From assembly GCA_963727445.1 (NCBI GenBank), contig CAVSGI010000013.1:352001-416000 (forward strand): 64,000 nt of DNA. Direction: 5' to 3'. Origin of the DNA: an uncultured delta proteobacterium (GTDB taxonomy: Bacteria > Myxococcota_A > Polyangia > Polyangiales > B10-G4). The notes under the pieces are model-generated. The model did no database searches. It saw nothing but the letters and a program-made list of their open reading frames with translations, and was not told where the DNA came from. Position numbers and translations under genes: made by a program. Position 1 is the first letter of the stretch, and each line of letters starts with the position of its first letter. This document shows, in pieces, positions 39,662 to 49,671 of the stretch.

Positions 39662-41128
39662 ATGGCCATCCTCCTCCTCAGTGAAGAAGAAAGGCTCGGC
39701 ACCACCGTTGCCGGTCGCTACCGCCTCGACGCGGTGCTGGGCTCCGGAGGTATGGCGGTGGTCTTTCGCGCGAAGCACACCTGGACCGGCCGCGACGTGG
39801 CCGTGAAGTTCCTCGACCCGCGCAAGACGAAGGACCTCGATACCGCCTCGAAACGCTTCCTCAAGGAAGGTCGGGTGATCGGGGCGCTCTCGCATCCCAA
39901 CGTCGTGAAGGTCCTCGACATGGGCAAGGACGAGCACGGGATCGTGTTCCAGGTGCTCGAGCTGCTTCACGGCTACACGCTCGCGAGCCGCCTCGACGAA
40001 GATCTGCGACTCACGGCGCAGGAAACGGTGGACGCGGTGGTGCCCATCATGGATGCGCTCACCGCGGCCCACGAGATGGCGATCATCCACCGCGACCTAA
40101 AGCCGGAGAACATCTTCATCTCTTCCGACGACGCGGGCGCGAGCGTGCCGAAGCTCCTCGACTTCGGCGTCGCCAAGGGCCTCGACGACGAGCTCGCCGG
40201 CAACCTCACCCGAGAAGGGTCGGTGCTCGGCACGCCCTATTACATGGCGCCGGAACAGGCGAAGGGCGCGTCCTCGGTCGGGCCGGAAGCCGACGTTTTC
40301 AGCATCGCCACGGTGATCTACGAGTGCCTGGTCGGTGACCTGCCCTTCGGGGACCGCGAGCCCGCGGAGTACGCCATCGAGCTCCTCTCCTCTCAGGTTC
40401 CGCCGCTCGCCGAAAAGAGCTCGGCCATCGACCCTGGGATCGCCGCGGCGGTGGACAAGGCGCTCGCGCGTGATCCGGCCGAGCGCTATCCCTCGATGCT
40501 CGCCTTCCGCCAGGCCTTCGGGTCCGCCGCGGCCAAAGCGGGCTTGAAGGTTCCGGAGCCCGCCGTCTTCACCCCCGAGGCGCGCGCCGCGCTGCTCGTG
40601 ATGAAGGGCGACGACAACTCGGTCGACACCCTCGGCGACGGCACGATGCTCTCCGACATCCTCAACGGAAGCGTCCCACCCGATCCACGGCGGCGTACGC
40701 GCCTGCTGGCCGGCATGGCGGCCGTCGCGCTCTTGATCGGCATCGTCACCTTCACCTTGATGACCGAGAGCAGCGCCGAGCCCAACCCACCGACCCCGGC
40801 GGCCAACGAGCCTTCCGTGATCTCGGCCGAAGAGCCCAGCATGGCAGCCGAAGAGGCCGAGGTGAGGGCCGATTCCATCGAGGCTGGCACCCCCTCCGAG
40901 GCGGGTCAGGCCCCCGAAGAGGACGAGGGCATGAGCGAGGACGAGGTCGTGCGGAGGCTGGCGGTCAAGCGCGTGACCTTCCCCCGAGAGCTCACACGGC
41001 CGCACATGGGAAGCGACACCGGCGGGATGCGCCCCGCGGCCGAGGGCGCGGAGACTCCTGCGATCACTCAGGAAACCGACAGTCCGACCATGCGTCCGGA
41101 CCGTCCGAACGTCGTTCGCGAGTTCTGA
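39662..41128 (+). CDS. Membrane Ser/Thr protein kinase
   Basis: LGSGGMAVV, VAVK, HRDLKPEN, DFGVAK, GTPYYMAPEQ; one TM helix. Confidence 0.95.
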   Translation: MAILLLSEEERLGTTVAGRYRLDAVLGSGGMAVVFRAKHTWTGRDVAVKFLDPRKTKDLDTASKRFLKEGRVIGALSHPNVVKVLDMGKDEHGIVFQVLELLHGYTLASRLDEDLRLTAQETVDAVVPIMDALTAAHEMAIIHRDLKPENIFISSDDAGASVPKLLDFGVAKGLDDELAGNLTREGSVLGTPYYMAPEQAKGASSVGPEADVFSIATVIYECLVGDLPFGDREPAEYAIELLSSQVPPLAEKSSAIDPGIAAAVDKALARDPAERYPSMLAFRQAFGSAAAKAGLKVPEPAVFTPEARAALLVMKGDDNSVDTLGDGTMLSDILNGSVPPDPRRRTRLLAGMAAVALLIGIVTFTLMTESSAEPNPPTPAANEPSVISAEEPSMAAEEAEVRADSIEAGTPSEAGQAPEEDEGMSEDEVVRRLAVKRVTFPRELTRPHMGSDTGGMRPAAEGAETPAITQETDSPTMRPDRPNVVREF

Positions 41129-41159
41129 TTCGCGTCCTCGATCGGGTATCCTGGCGGCG

Positions 41160-42182
41160 GTGAGTCTTCGCACTGTCGTCCCCATGTGCTTGTCGTTGGC
41201 CGTTCTCGCAGTGGCCCCGGGATCGGTGAGCGCCCAGGAGGCGGTGGAGGACGAGGAGGAAGAGGCGCCTCCCGACGAAGAGGCTGGCGCCCCGGAGCAA
41301 GCCCCGGCGAGCCCCGAAGACGCGCGCCTCGAGGAGGCGCGGGTCCTCTTCGAGCGGGGGCTCGCCCTGGTCGACGAGGAGCGCTGGGCCGAGGCCCTCG
41401 AGTACTTTCGTCGCTCGCGCGCCCTCGTCGAGCGACCGAGCAGCGTCTACAACGCGGCGGTCGCGCTCTACCACCTGGGCCGCTATCAGGAAGCCTCCTC
41501 CGCATTCGACGACTACCTCGCGCTGACCACCCGCGAGGAGGATGGGGAGCGCTACCTCGAAGCCGAGCGGTACCTCGAGGAGATGCAGCGCAACCTCGGA
41601 CGCCTGACGCTCACGGTCACGCCGCCCGACGCGGAGATCGCAGTGGACGGTGCACCCGTGCCCGGCGAAGGACCCCGCCGGGTGCTCCACCTCGACCCCG
41701 GCAGTCGCAACATCACGATCTCCGCCGAAGGTTATCAAACGCGCCGGCTCTCGTTGTCGGTGCTCGAGGGCCAGGTGCACGAGCGCTCGGTGGTTCTTCG
41801 GGAGTCGTCGGCGACGACCCTCGGCGTACGCGCCGACGTGACGAACGCCACCATCCGCGTGGACGGCGCGGTCGTCGGCCGCGGCGAGGTGGACCTCCCG
41901 GTCGAACCGGGCACCCACGAAGTCGAGATCGAAGCGGAGGGCTACGAGGACTACAGCGAGGAGGTGGAGGTCGAGTTCGGCGCGATCCACCGGGTGGACG
42001 CTGCGCTCCGTCCGGTGGGCGAGGAGCGCTCGTTCCTCTCCTCGCCCTGGCCGTGGATCATCGGCGGCGTGCTGATCGTGGCGGCCGCGGTGACGATCGG
42101 CGTCGTCGTGTCTCAGCAATCCGACCCCCTCGCCGACTACAACGGCTCCACCGGCGTCGTGATCGAGGGGCTGTCGTGGTGA
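41160..42182 (+). CDS. TPR plus two PEGA domains, exported
   Basis: Signal peptide; ARVLFERG...; PPDAEIAVDG; VEPGTHEVEIEAEGY; PWPW hydrophobic tail. Confidence 0.88.
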   Translation: MSLRTVVPMCLSLAVLAVAPGSVSAQEAVEDEEEEAPPDEEAGAPEQAPASPEDARLEEARVLFERGLALVDEERWAEALEYFRRSRALVERPSSVYNAAVALYHLGRYQEASSAFDDYLALTTREEDGERYLEAERYLEEMQRNLGRLTLTVTPPDAEIAVDGAPVPGEGPRRVLHLDPGSRNITISAEGYQTRRLSLSVLEGQVHERSVVLRESSATTLGVRADVTNATIRVDGAVVGRGEVDLPVEPGTHEVEIEAEGYEDYSEEVEVEFGAIHRVDAALRPVGEERSFLSSPWPWIIGGVLIVAAAVTIGVVVSQQSDPLADYNGSTGVVIEGLSW

Positions 42183-43276
42183 GAGCCTGCCTCTTGCTCG
42201 CCATCGCCGCCCTGGGCTGTAACGCGCACCCGGGCCGGGTGCTGGTGGTGGTGGACACCGACTACCGCGTGCCGGCAGAGCTCTCGGAGGTGCGAATCCT
42301 CGCCGGCCCGGCGGACGACCCGGACGACCGCACGGGCCAGGGCTTCGTCTTGACACGCGTCTCTCCGCCGCCGCCCGGAACCCACAGACTACCGCTCTCG
42401 ATGGTGGTCCTCCCGCGTGACGGCGACAGCAGCCGGCACGTCGAGGTGGTGGTCGAAGGCCGTGCGTCCGCCAGCGGCGACGTGCTCATCCGGTCGACGC
42501 GGGTTCTGGACGGCTTCCGCCGCGGCAAGACCATCGTTCTGCCCATCTTCCTCACCAGCAACTGCGCGGCGGTCCTCTGCGATCCCGGCGAGACCTGCGT
42601 CGACGCTGATTGCGCGCCTGTGGACGTCGATCCGGGGACGCTCCGGATCGCGGAGGAGCCGGGGGAGGAGTTCCGCAATCTGCCGGACGCTGGCTCCACC
42701 CCCGACGGCTCTCTGGACGCCGGCGTGGACGCACTCGACACCAGTGTCCAGGACGCGTCGATGGACGCCGCGGACGATGGCGACGTCGCCGACGCGGATT
42801 CGGGGGTATGTGGGCCGCCGGTGACGCTGCCCTATCTCGTGCTCATGGGGCCGGAGACCTTGTTTCCCCTGACGCCGGGGCCCGGCATGTGGACGTACAA
42901 CGAGCCCAACGTTCGACGCTACGACACCTACGTCGAGTGGACCTACACGGCGCGGCCGGGCTGCGAGGTCTTCCGGGTGGAGCCGGTGATCCCCGACGGC
43001 ATGCCGGCCGATCCCATGGCGGCGTGCATGGGGACCTGCGCCACGCGGCCGACGAGGGCTGCAGAATACGAGATCTATCTGAACGGGCTCATCGACTACG
43101 ACGAGATCATCGAGGTGGATCAGAGCACGGCGCCGGGCCGCGTCCGCCTCGATCTCATGAACCCCGCCGAGAGCGTGTCGGTGAGGCTCAGCGATTGGAC
43201 GAACGAGTTCGCGATGCGCAACGAGACCTACGTGGTCTTCGAACAGGCGACCTTCTATTCGCAGCCCGCGCCCTGA
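42179..43276 (+). CDS. Lipoprotein (VLVVVDTD N-terminal domain, DA linker, C-terminal beta domain)
   Basis: GTGA overlap with upstream stop; lipobox AALGC. Confidence 0.8.
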   Translation: MRACLLLAIAALGCNAHPGRVLVVVDTDYRVPAELSEVRILAGPADDPDDRTGQGFVLTRVSPPPPGTHRLPLSMVVLPRDGDSSRHVEVVVEGRASASGDVLIRSTRVLDGFRRGKTIVLPIFLTSNCAAVLCDPGETCVDADCAPVDVDPGTLRIAEEPGEEFRNLPDAGSTPDGSLDAGVDALDTSVQDASMDAADDGDVADADSGVCGPPVTLPYLVLMGPETLFPLTPGPGMWTYNEPNVRRYDTYVEWTYTARPGCEVFRVEPVIPDGMPADPMAACMGTCATRPTRAAEYEIYLNGLIDYDEIIEVDQSTAPGRVRLDLMNPAESVSVRLSDWTNEFAMRNETYVVFEQATFYSQPAP

Positions 43277-43281
43277 ACCCC

Positions 43282-44424
43282 ATGCAGCCGATGAACGACG
43301 CGCTGGACGCGCTGGGGCTGGCGGGCGAGATCGCCGTTTTGCCGGTCCTGAGCGGCTACCCCAGCCCCAAATACGTGAACCTGGTGCTCCGGCGCGCCAG
43401 GGGCGCGAGCTATCTCTTCGAGACCAGCGCGTCCCGCCCCGACATCGTCGCCCAGGTGAAGGACGCGCTCGACGAGGCGAGCGTCGACAGGCTCGATGCG
43501 GTGCTGGTCACGCACTGCCACGGCGATCATGGCGGGAGCGCCGGCGTGATCGCGGCGCGAGGGCGCGCGGGGGACGAGCGGGCGCCGATCTACCTGCACT
43601 CGGCCGGCTATCGCTTCATGACCCAGCCGGCAGCGTCGTTCCTGCAGGAGACCTACGAGCTCTTCCTCGCACGCTCGCACTGGGGAATGCTCGACTACAG
43701 CTCGCTGAGCGACGAACAGATCCTCGAAAACGCGATCCGCAACCGCTACGCGAACTACTTCGAGCGCGTGGAAAAGCGCGGCCTTCGCTTCGTCGACCAC
43801 GGCCATTTGCCGGAGGGCATCCTCGCGGTCTTCACCCCGGGGCACAGCCACGACTGCGTGCTCTATTGGGATCGCGAGCGGGGCGTCGCCGTGCCAGGCG
43901 ACACGATCATCTGCAAGGGAGACCCAGCGGATCCGGAGACGCACGCGTTCGTGATCCCGATCTTCACGGTCGCGGGGCAGACCTATTCGATGGCGTACGA
44001 GCGCTATCTCAGAACCATCCGTGTGCTCCGGAAGTTCTTTTCGACCTATCGGGTCGACGTGGTGATCCCGCCCCACGGCCGCTTCGCCGTCACCGAGCCC
44101 CTCGCGTGGGTCGCCTTCGCCGAGAGCTACTTCGAGGGCATCTACCGCTCGCTCCGCGAAGACTTCCTCGCCGACCACGAGGGCCCCTTTCGCGCGATGG
44201 ACCTCAACCCCTACATCCCCACCGCCGGCTCCCACCCCATCAGCACCCCCAGCCACACCTTCGGCATGCTCTGCATGCTCGCCGACGACGGCTACCTCGA
44301 CATGCAAGAGGACCAACGCACCCGCCAGATCGTCTTCGAGCTGCGCGAAACCCCTCCCGCCGACTACGTCACCAAGATGCTCGGCAAGGACCCGGGCCCC
44401 CTGCCGATCTTCGGCACGATCTGA
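43282..44424 (+). CDS. Metallo-beta-lactamase fold hydrolase
   Basis: THCHGDH, TPGHS, GD, PPHG. Confidence 0.9.
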   Translation: MQPMNDALDALGLAGEIAVLPVLSGYPSPKYVNLVLRRARGASYLFETSASRPDIVAQVKDALDEASVDRLDAVLVTHCHGDHGGSAGVIAARGRAGDERAPIYLHSAGYRFMTQPAASFLQETYELFLARSHWGMLDYSSLSDEQILENAIRNRYANYFERVEKRGLRFVDHGHLPEGILAVFTPGHSHDCVLYWDRERGVAVPGDTIICKGDPADPETHAFVIPIFTVAGQTYSMAYERYLRTIRVLRKFFSTYRVDVVIPPHGRFAVTEPLAWVAFAESYFEGIYRSLREDFLADHEGPFRAMDLNPYIPTAGSHPISTPSHTFGMLCMLADDGYLDMQEDQRTRQIVFELRETPPADYVTKMLGKDPGPLPIFGTI

Positions 44425-44430
44425 AGGGCC

Positions 44431-45867
44431 TCACTCGCAGACCTCGTCGACCAGCTTCTGGTCCGGGTTGAGGGAGCGGAAGAGGCGGCGGCGGAACTTG
44501 CGCTGCTTGGTGACGAGCTGTTGGGCCATGGTGTCGATGGCGCTGACGGACATGACCGTCTGCAGGTAGGCCTCGATCAGGTCGTCGAGGCCGAGGCCCA
44601 GACGGTTGAAGTCGCGGCTGTCCATGAGGAGCAGACGCTCGGTCTGGGTCTGCCAACCGCTTTCGGTCTTCACGCTGAGGTTCGTTCCGAGCATGTCCCA
44701 GGAGGACTCGCCGCTCTGCAGCTTCGTCTCGAGAGGGCGGCGGGCGCGGCGGGCGTAGAGCGCGACCGGGCAGAAGCCCGTCTCCGATGCCGCCACCATG
44801 CAGCGCAGGTCCGCGACGTAGATGTGCCCCTTCTTGTTCGGGACGGTACCGACGTGAAAGAGCGGACCCTGCCCGCCGTGAGAGCTCCACTCGGTGTTGC
44901 CGATCAGCGCCTGGACGATGAAGCGGTCGTAGGGGTGCTCCAGCTCCATGAACTCCTCGAGCTCGTGCTGCGACGTGATGGTGTAGACGCCCTGCCCCGC
45001 GTTGCTGTACGGGTCCTTCACCACCGCCACGCCCCCGAGGCGCTGAACCCAGAGCGGCACCTCCACCAGCGACACGTCCCAGATCGTCTCCGGGACGTTG
45101 ATGCGCAGGCCGCCCTTCTGAAGGGTCGCGTTCAGCATGTCGTAGCCCTTGGCCGCGACGAGCTTGTTGCGGCCGCCCGCCAGACACACGAGCGTCGGAT
45201 TCAGGATCGCGGTGCGCGTGAGCGGCGGGATGCGCGACCACGGCTTCTGGGTGACGTAGCGGAGCGCGGCGCGGATGGGCACCCAACCGCCCTCTGCGTC
45301 GGCCACCTGAAGAACTCCGTCCTCGAATCGCGCCGTGACACCGAGATCCGTCTGATGAAAGCGCACCAGCCGGACAGACTCACCGGTGGCGTCGGCCATC
45401 GCCGCCGCGTAGCCGCTCGCCTCCATCGGGTTCTTGTCGTAAATGACGGCGAGGCCGCCCTGGGGAAGCGCGCGCCGGCGGAGCATCTCCTTGAAGGTGC
45501 GCTCCATCAGCACGCGATAGCCGGCCTGCTCGTCCGCCTCGTTGAGGAGCGGCATCGACTTCTGCCCGGAAGGGCAGGAGTTGGTCTCGATCACCACCAC
45601 GCGCCGGCGTCCCTGCTGCGAGCTGGTCAAGAAGAGGTCCGCACCACCCCAGCGAAAGAAGCGCGGCCGCTTGGCGAGGATCTCGTGCACCGCCTCGGGC
45701 TTCGCTTCCGGATGCATGTGGCAGTAGCGCTCAGCGATCCGGTCGTTGCCGAGGTGCATGAAGAAGTGAACCAGCGGATGCAGCTGCGCGTTCAGGACGC
45801 GCTCGTAGAAGTGCTCCTGGGGCTCGAAATCTCCGGGCTCGACGAGGCGTATTCCGTCCATTGCCAT
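44431..45867 (-). CDS. Circularly permuted ATP-grasp-like ligase
   Basis: RWGGADLF...IETNSCPSG near the N-terminus; [13 protein letters not shown] and FIVQ later. Confidence 0.65.
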   Translation of the reverse strand: MAMDGIRLVEPGDFEPQEHFYERVLNAQLHPLVHFFMHLGNDRIAERYCHMHPEAKPEAVHEILAKRPRFFRWGGADLFLTSSQQGRRRVVVIETNSCPSGQKSMPLLNEADEQAGYRVLMERTFKEMLRRRALPQGGLAVIYDKNPMEASGYAAAMADATGESVRLVRFHQTDLGVTARFEDGVLQVADAEGGWVPIRAALRYVTQKPWSRIPPLTRTAILNPTLVCLAGGRNKLVAAKGYDMLNATLQKGGLRINVPETIWDVSLVEVPLWVQRLGGVAVVKDPYSNAGQGVYTITSQHELEEFMELEHPYDRFIVQALIGNTEWSSHGGQGPLFHVGTVPNKKGHIYVADLRCMVAASETGFCPVALYARRARRPLETKLQSGESSWDMLGTNLSVKTESGWQTQTERLLLMDSRDFNRLGLGLDDLIEAYLQTVMSVSAIDTMAQQLVTKQRKFRRRLFRSLNPDQKLVDEVCE

Positions 45868-45900
45868 CGGCGCCGTAGTCTACACGTCTCGGGTCGCTCG

Positions 45901-46701
45901 TCAGTGGCTGCGATAGGCCACGACGGTCAGGTCGTCGGGCTTCGAGGGCTGCTCGCCCTTTTCGTTCGCCATCCGCTCGAAGGTGAGCTTCACCGCTCGA
46001 CTCACGCCCTTTTCTAGATCGCCCGCGCGCAGCAGCTCCACCACCTCGCTCGGCGCCAGGTTGTCGAAGAGCCCGTCGGAGCCGAGCACGACCGTATCGC
46101 GCTTGGCCAGGGTGAGCAGCGAGCTCATCTCCACCGTCATGTCCGGGTTGCCGATCATGTTGGTGACCAGATGGAGCTCGTCCTCGCGCAGCGCGTCCTT
46201 CTCGTCGAGGTCGCCCGCCTGCACGCGGTAGCCCACGGGCGAGTGCGCCGTCGTCAGGAGCTTGACGCGTCCGCGCTGACCGCAGACGACGATGCGCGAG
46301 TCGCCGGCGTGATACGCGCGCAGCTGGTTGCCGGCGATGTCGACCACGGCGAGGGTGGTCGCGGCGCCGATCCCCATCGAGAGAACCTTCTGATTCGCCG
46401 ATTCGAATCCACGGAGCACGCCTTCGCGCATCGGCAGGCCCGTCTTGTGGACCTCCTCGATCGCAGAGGCCATCGCCCGGACGGCCGCCTTCGATGCGCG
46501 GTCCCCACCTGGCGCGCCGCCGGCGCCGTCCGCCACGCCGAGCACGTCGCCACCGGCGGCGTGCGCGATCACCAGCGCCGCATCTTGATTGCCGCGCTCG
46601 GCGTGCGGGTTCTTGTGGGTGAAGACGACCGCTCGCCCCGTTCCCAGCGCGAAGGTGCGCGGTACGGCGAGGTCCACTCCGGCGAGGGCCTCGGTGGCCA
46701 T
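45901..46701 (-). CDS. PP2C-family Ser/Thr phosphatase
   Basis: NQDA, VADGAGG, HAGDSR, LGSDGLFD, DDLT. Confidence 0.92.
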   Translation of the reverse strand: MATEALAGVDLAVPRTFALGTGRAVVFTHKNPHAERGNQDAALVIAHAAGGDVLGVADGAGGAPGGDRASKAAVRAMASAIEEVHKTGLPMREGVLRGFESANQKVLSMGIGAATTLAVVDIAGNQLRAYHAGDSRIVVCGQRGRVKLLTTAHSPVGYRVQAGDLDEKDALREDELHLVTNMIGNPDMTVEMSSLLTLAKRDTVVLGSDGLFDNLAPSEVVELLRAGDLEKGVSRAVKLTFERMANEKGEQPSKPDDLTVVAYRSH

Positions 46702-46708
46702 GGGGTTC

Positions 46709-47512
46709 TCAACGTCCACGCAGCGGCTCCGTCCGCATGCGCCCGTAGACGGCCGCCATGGTCACCGCGTTGGTGAAGCGCTTGCGCTCGTCGACCTCGA
46801 TCGACTTGAGGATGAAGTCGACCATCTCCTTGCTGAGCCTGCGCCGCAGGCGCTTGATGTTTGGAAACGGCGGAGTGAAAGGCCAGGCGGGCAGGTCGCC
46901 GGCGAAGAGTCGATAGGCCACCAGGCCCAGAGAGAAGACGTCCGAGCGGTAGGATGGGCGCCCCATGGCCTGCTCGGGGGCGATGTAGCCGACCGTCCCG
47001 GAGCCCGAGCCGTTCAGGACACGGGTGCGCATGGCGATGCGCGCCAGCCCGAAATCCGAGAGCTTGACGGTGTCGCCGTAGAGCAGGACGTTGTTCGGGT
47101 TGATGTCGCAGTGAATGACGCGGTGCGAGTGTGCATAGGAGACGGCGACCAGGAGCTGCTCGAAGATGTCGAGGGCCGTCTCACCGCTCATGCGGTAGCG
47201 CAGGCGGTCGGCGAGCGTCCCGTCGGCGAGGGGATAGGCGATCACCAGACGCCCATCGGCGACGGTCGCGTTCTTGATGCCGAGGATGTTCGGGTGGTCG
47301 AGGCGCACGTTGATCCGGATCTCCTTCAGGAGATCGTCGTAGTCCTCGCCGCTCAGCGCGTGTGGAATCTTGAGGGCGACGTCGATGCCCTCGATCGTGT
47401 CGCGCGCCCGGTAGACGACGGAGAACCCACCCTCTCCGATGCGCCGGCCGAGCTTGTACTTTCCGAGGCGGGTCCCCGCGCGAAGAGTACGCTTGTCTCT
47501 GACTGCGTTCAC
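46709..47512 (-). CDS. Small cytoplasmic Ser/Thr protein kinase
   Basis: IGEGGFSVVY, ALK, HCDINPNN, DFGLA, GTVGYIAPEQ. Confidence 0.9.
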   Translation of the reverse strand: MNAVRDKRTLRAGTRLGKYKLGRRIGEGGFSVVYRARDTIEGIDVALKIPHALSGEDYDDLLKEIRINVRLDHPNILGIKNATVADGRLVIAYPLADGTLADRLRYRMSGETALDIFEQLLVAVSYAHSHRVIHCDINPNNVLLYGDTVKLSDFGLARIAMRTRVLNGSGSGTVGYIAPEQAMGRPSYRSDVFSLGLVAYRLFAGDLPAWPFTPPFPNIKRLRRRLSKEMVDFILKSIEVDERKRFTNAVTMAAVYGRMRTEPLRGR

Positions 47513-47557
47513 CGCGCGGAGGTTAGTCGACGGCGCGCGCCTAGCAAGGACGCATTG

Positions 47558-49663
47558 TCAGAGCTCGATCCTCAGACGCGCGGTCCCACCGGCGGGCACG
47601 TCGACCGACCGGCGCACCTCGTCACCCTCGGGAGGCCTCAGCGTCAGGAGGTGCCGCCCGGCGGGCAGGCTCAGGCGCGCGGGGGTGCGACCGAGCCGTC
47701 GCGACCCCTCGTAGATGTCCGCCCATCCGCCCACCGCGAAGACGGTCAGCTCCCCCGGCTCGCCCGACGGATTGCTCATCGCCGGAGGCGTGGTGTCGTC
47801 CCGGTGCATGGTGCGATGCGATCCGCGCCGACCACTGGCGCTGGAGCGCCGGCCCGCACGCTCCTCGGAGTCCGAGTCCGGCTCCGACTCCGCGACCGGC
47901 TCCGGCTCCGGCTCGGGTTCGGCGACCGGCTCCGGCTCGGATTCGGCGACGGGCTCCGTCTCGGTCTCCGTCGAGGTCGCGGACGCTGTCGGCGGCGACT
48001 CCTCTGCCGGGGTATCGTGGTCCGCAGGGACCGTCTCCGCCTCGGGCTCCACCACCGAGACCCCTTCTTCCGGTGTTGGCGCTTGCTCCTCTGCGGGTGG
48101 CGCCGTCGCCATGTCCGCGATGTAGATCCCCCCCGCCAGCGCCGAGAGGGCGAGGACGATCCGCATCGGGGTGCCGATCATCCGGCGCTTCTTCGGCTCG
48201 GGCTCGGGGGGCGCCACGAAGGGAGAGGGCTCGCCCGCGGTCGCGGCCGGGGCGGTCGGGCTCGAGCCCCCCGAGACCTCCGAAACCTCGGAGACTCCCG
48301 AGACCCCCGATCCCGCCCCCTCGTCGAAGGGCGATGGGCGGCCAAGCGTCACCGAGCTGCTCACGTCGCGCTCGGCGAAGTCGGCGATCGGGCGCGGGCT
48401 CGAGACCTCGGAGGTGGCGATGAAGATCTCCGGCGCCAGCGGGCTGTTCGCGAGGCGGGTCTCCTCCTCCTCGTCCACGTCTTCGTAGATCTGATGGACC
48501 ACCGTCGGCTCCGCGGTGAGCCCGCGGGCCCGTCCCGGCTCCGGGCGCGTCGGACCCGGCGTGTGCTGGCGCTCGACCACCTGCGAGATCAATCCGTCCG
48601 GCGGACCCGAACCGTCGAGTGCCGGAGCCTCGTCCACCATCTGCGCGTCGAGGCGCTTCACCGAACGCCCCGTCTCGAGCGACGCCTCGTACTCCTGCGT
48701 GAAGAGCGCGCGCATCCACTCGCCGATCTCCGCCGTCCCGAGGTGCTCCCCGCTCTGCACGGCGAAGCGGTTCAGCTCGCGGGCCATGTCGCGCGCGCTC
48801 TGGTAGCGGCGCTCCCGGTCGCGCTCGAGGGCGCCCTCCACGATGCGCTGTAACTCCGGGGGACAGGCCGGAACGAAGGTCGCCACGGGCGGGATCGCGT
48901 CCTGAAAGATCGCCCCCATGGTCTCGGCTTCGCTCTGGCGGTGGAAGAGCGCCCGCCCCGCGAGCAGCTCCCACAGCACCACGCCCATCGACCAGATGTC
49001 CGCGCGGAGGTCGACTCCCTCACCGCCGAAAGCCTCGGGCGCCGCGTAGGCGAACTTGCCCTTGAAGGTGCCCGCCACCGTCTGATGCCTGCGCCCGGTC
49101 GCGCTGGCGATCCCGAAGTCGAAGACCTTCACCGCGCCGGTGTAGGTCATGAAGACGTTCTCGGGCGAGATGTCCCGGTGGATCACCCCCATGGGCTGGC
49201 CGTGCTCGTCGACCGCGGTGTGGGCCGCGTGCAGGCCCTCCGAAGCCTCGGCGACGATGCGCGCCGCGTAAGGCCAGAACATCGGATGCTCCCGGATGCC
49301 GGGCATCGAGTGAATACGGCGAAGCACATCGAGGAGCGTCTGCCCCACCATGTACTCCATCACCAGGTAACGAACCCCCTGGGCTTCGCCGAAGTCGTGC
49401 ACCGCGCAGACGTTCGGATGGCGCACCAGCGAGTTGATGCGCGCTTCGTCGAGGAACATCTCGCCCAAGTCCGGGTTCCGCTCCGCCAGCCCCTGATGCA
49501 TGATCTTGAGCGCGAAGATCTTCTCGAAGCCGGCCGCACCCGCGGTGCGCGCGAGATAGATGCGACCCATCCCGCCTTCAGCGATCTCGCCGAGCAGCAC
49601 GTAGCGTCCGAGCCTTCGTGCGTCTCTGGCGGTGGCGATGACCGTGGCTTCGCGCGTCGCCAT
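47558..49663 (-). CDS. Membrane Ser/Thr kinase with EP-rich linker and C-terminal PEGA-like domain
   Basis: IAEGGMG, HRDISPEN, DFGIA, KGKFAYAAPE; LGRTPARLSLPAGRH. Confidence 0.93.
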   Translation of the reverse strand: MATREATVIATARDARRLGRYVLLGEIAEGGMGRIYLARTAGAAGFEKIFALKIMHQGLAERNPDLGEMFLDEARINSLVRHPNVCAVHDFGEAQGVRYLVMEYMVGQTLLDVLRRIHSMPGIREHPMFWPYAARIVAEASEGLHAAHTAVDEHGQPMGVIHRDISPENVFMTYTGAVKVFDFGIASATGRRHQTVAGTFKGKFAYAAPEAFGGEGVDLRADIWSMGVVLWELLAGRALFHRQSEAETMGAIFQDAIPPVATFVPACPPELQRIVEGALERDRERRYQSARDMARELNRFAVQSGEHLGTAEIGEWMRALFTQEYEASLETGRSVKRLDAQMVDEAPALDGSGPPDGLISQVVERQHTPGPTRPEPGRARGLTAEPTVVHQIYEDVDEEEETRLANSPLAPEIFIATSEVSSPRPIADFAERDVSSSVTLGRPSPFDEGAGSGVSGVSEVSEVSGGSSPTAPAATAGEPSPFVAPPEPEPKKRRMIGTPMRIVLALSALAGGIYIADMATAPPAEEQAPTPEEGVSVVEPEAETVPADHDTPAEESPPTASATSTETETEPVAESEPEPVAEPEPEPEPVAESEPDSDSEERAGRRSSASGRRGSHRTMHRDDTTPPAMSNPSGEPGELTVFAVGGWADIYEGSRRLGRTPARLSLPAGRHLLTLRPPEGDEVRRSVDVPAGGTARLRIEL

Positions 49664-49671
49664 GGCGTCGC

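Noticed and set aside
47870..47975. EPEPVA repeat as a separate element
   Set aside because: Ordinary low-complexity linker inside the kinase.
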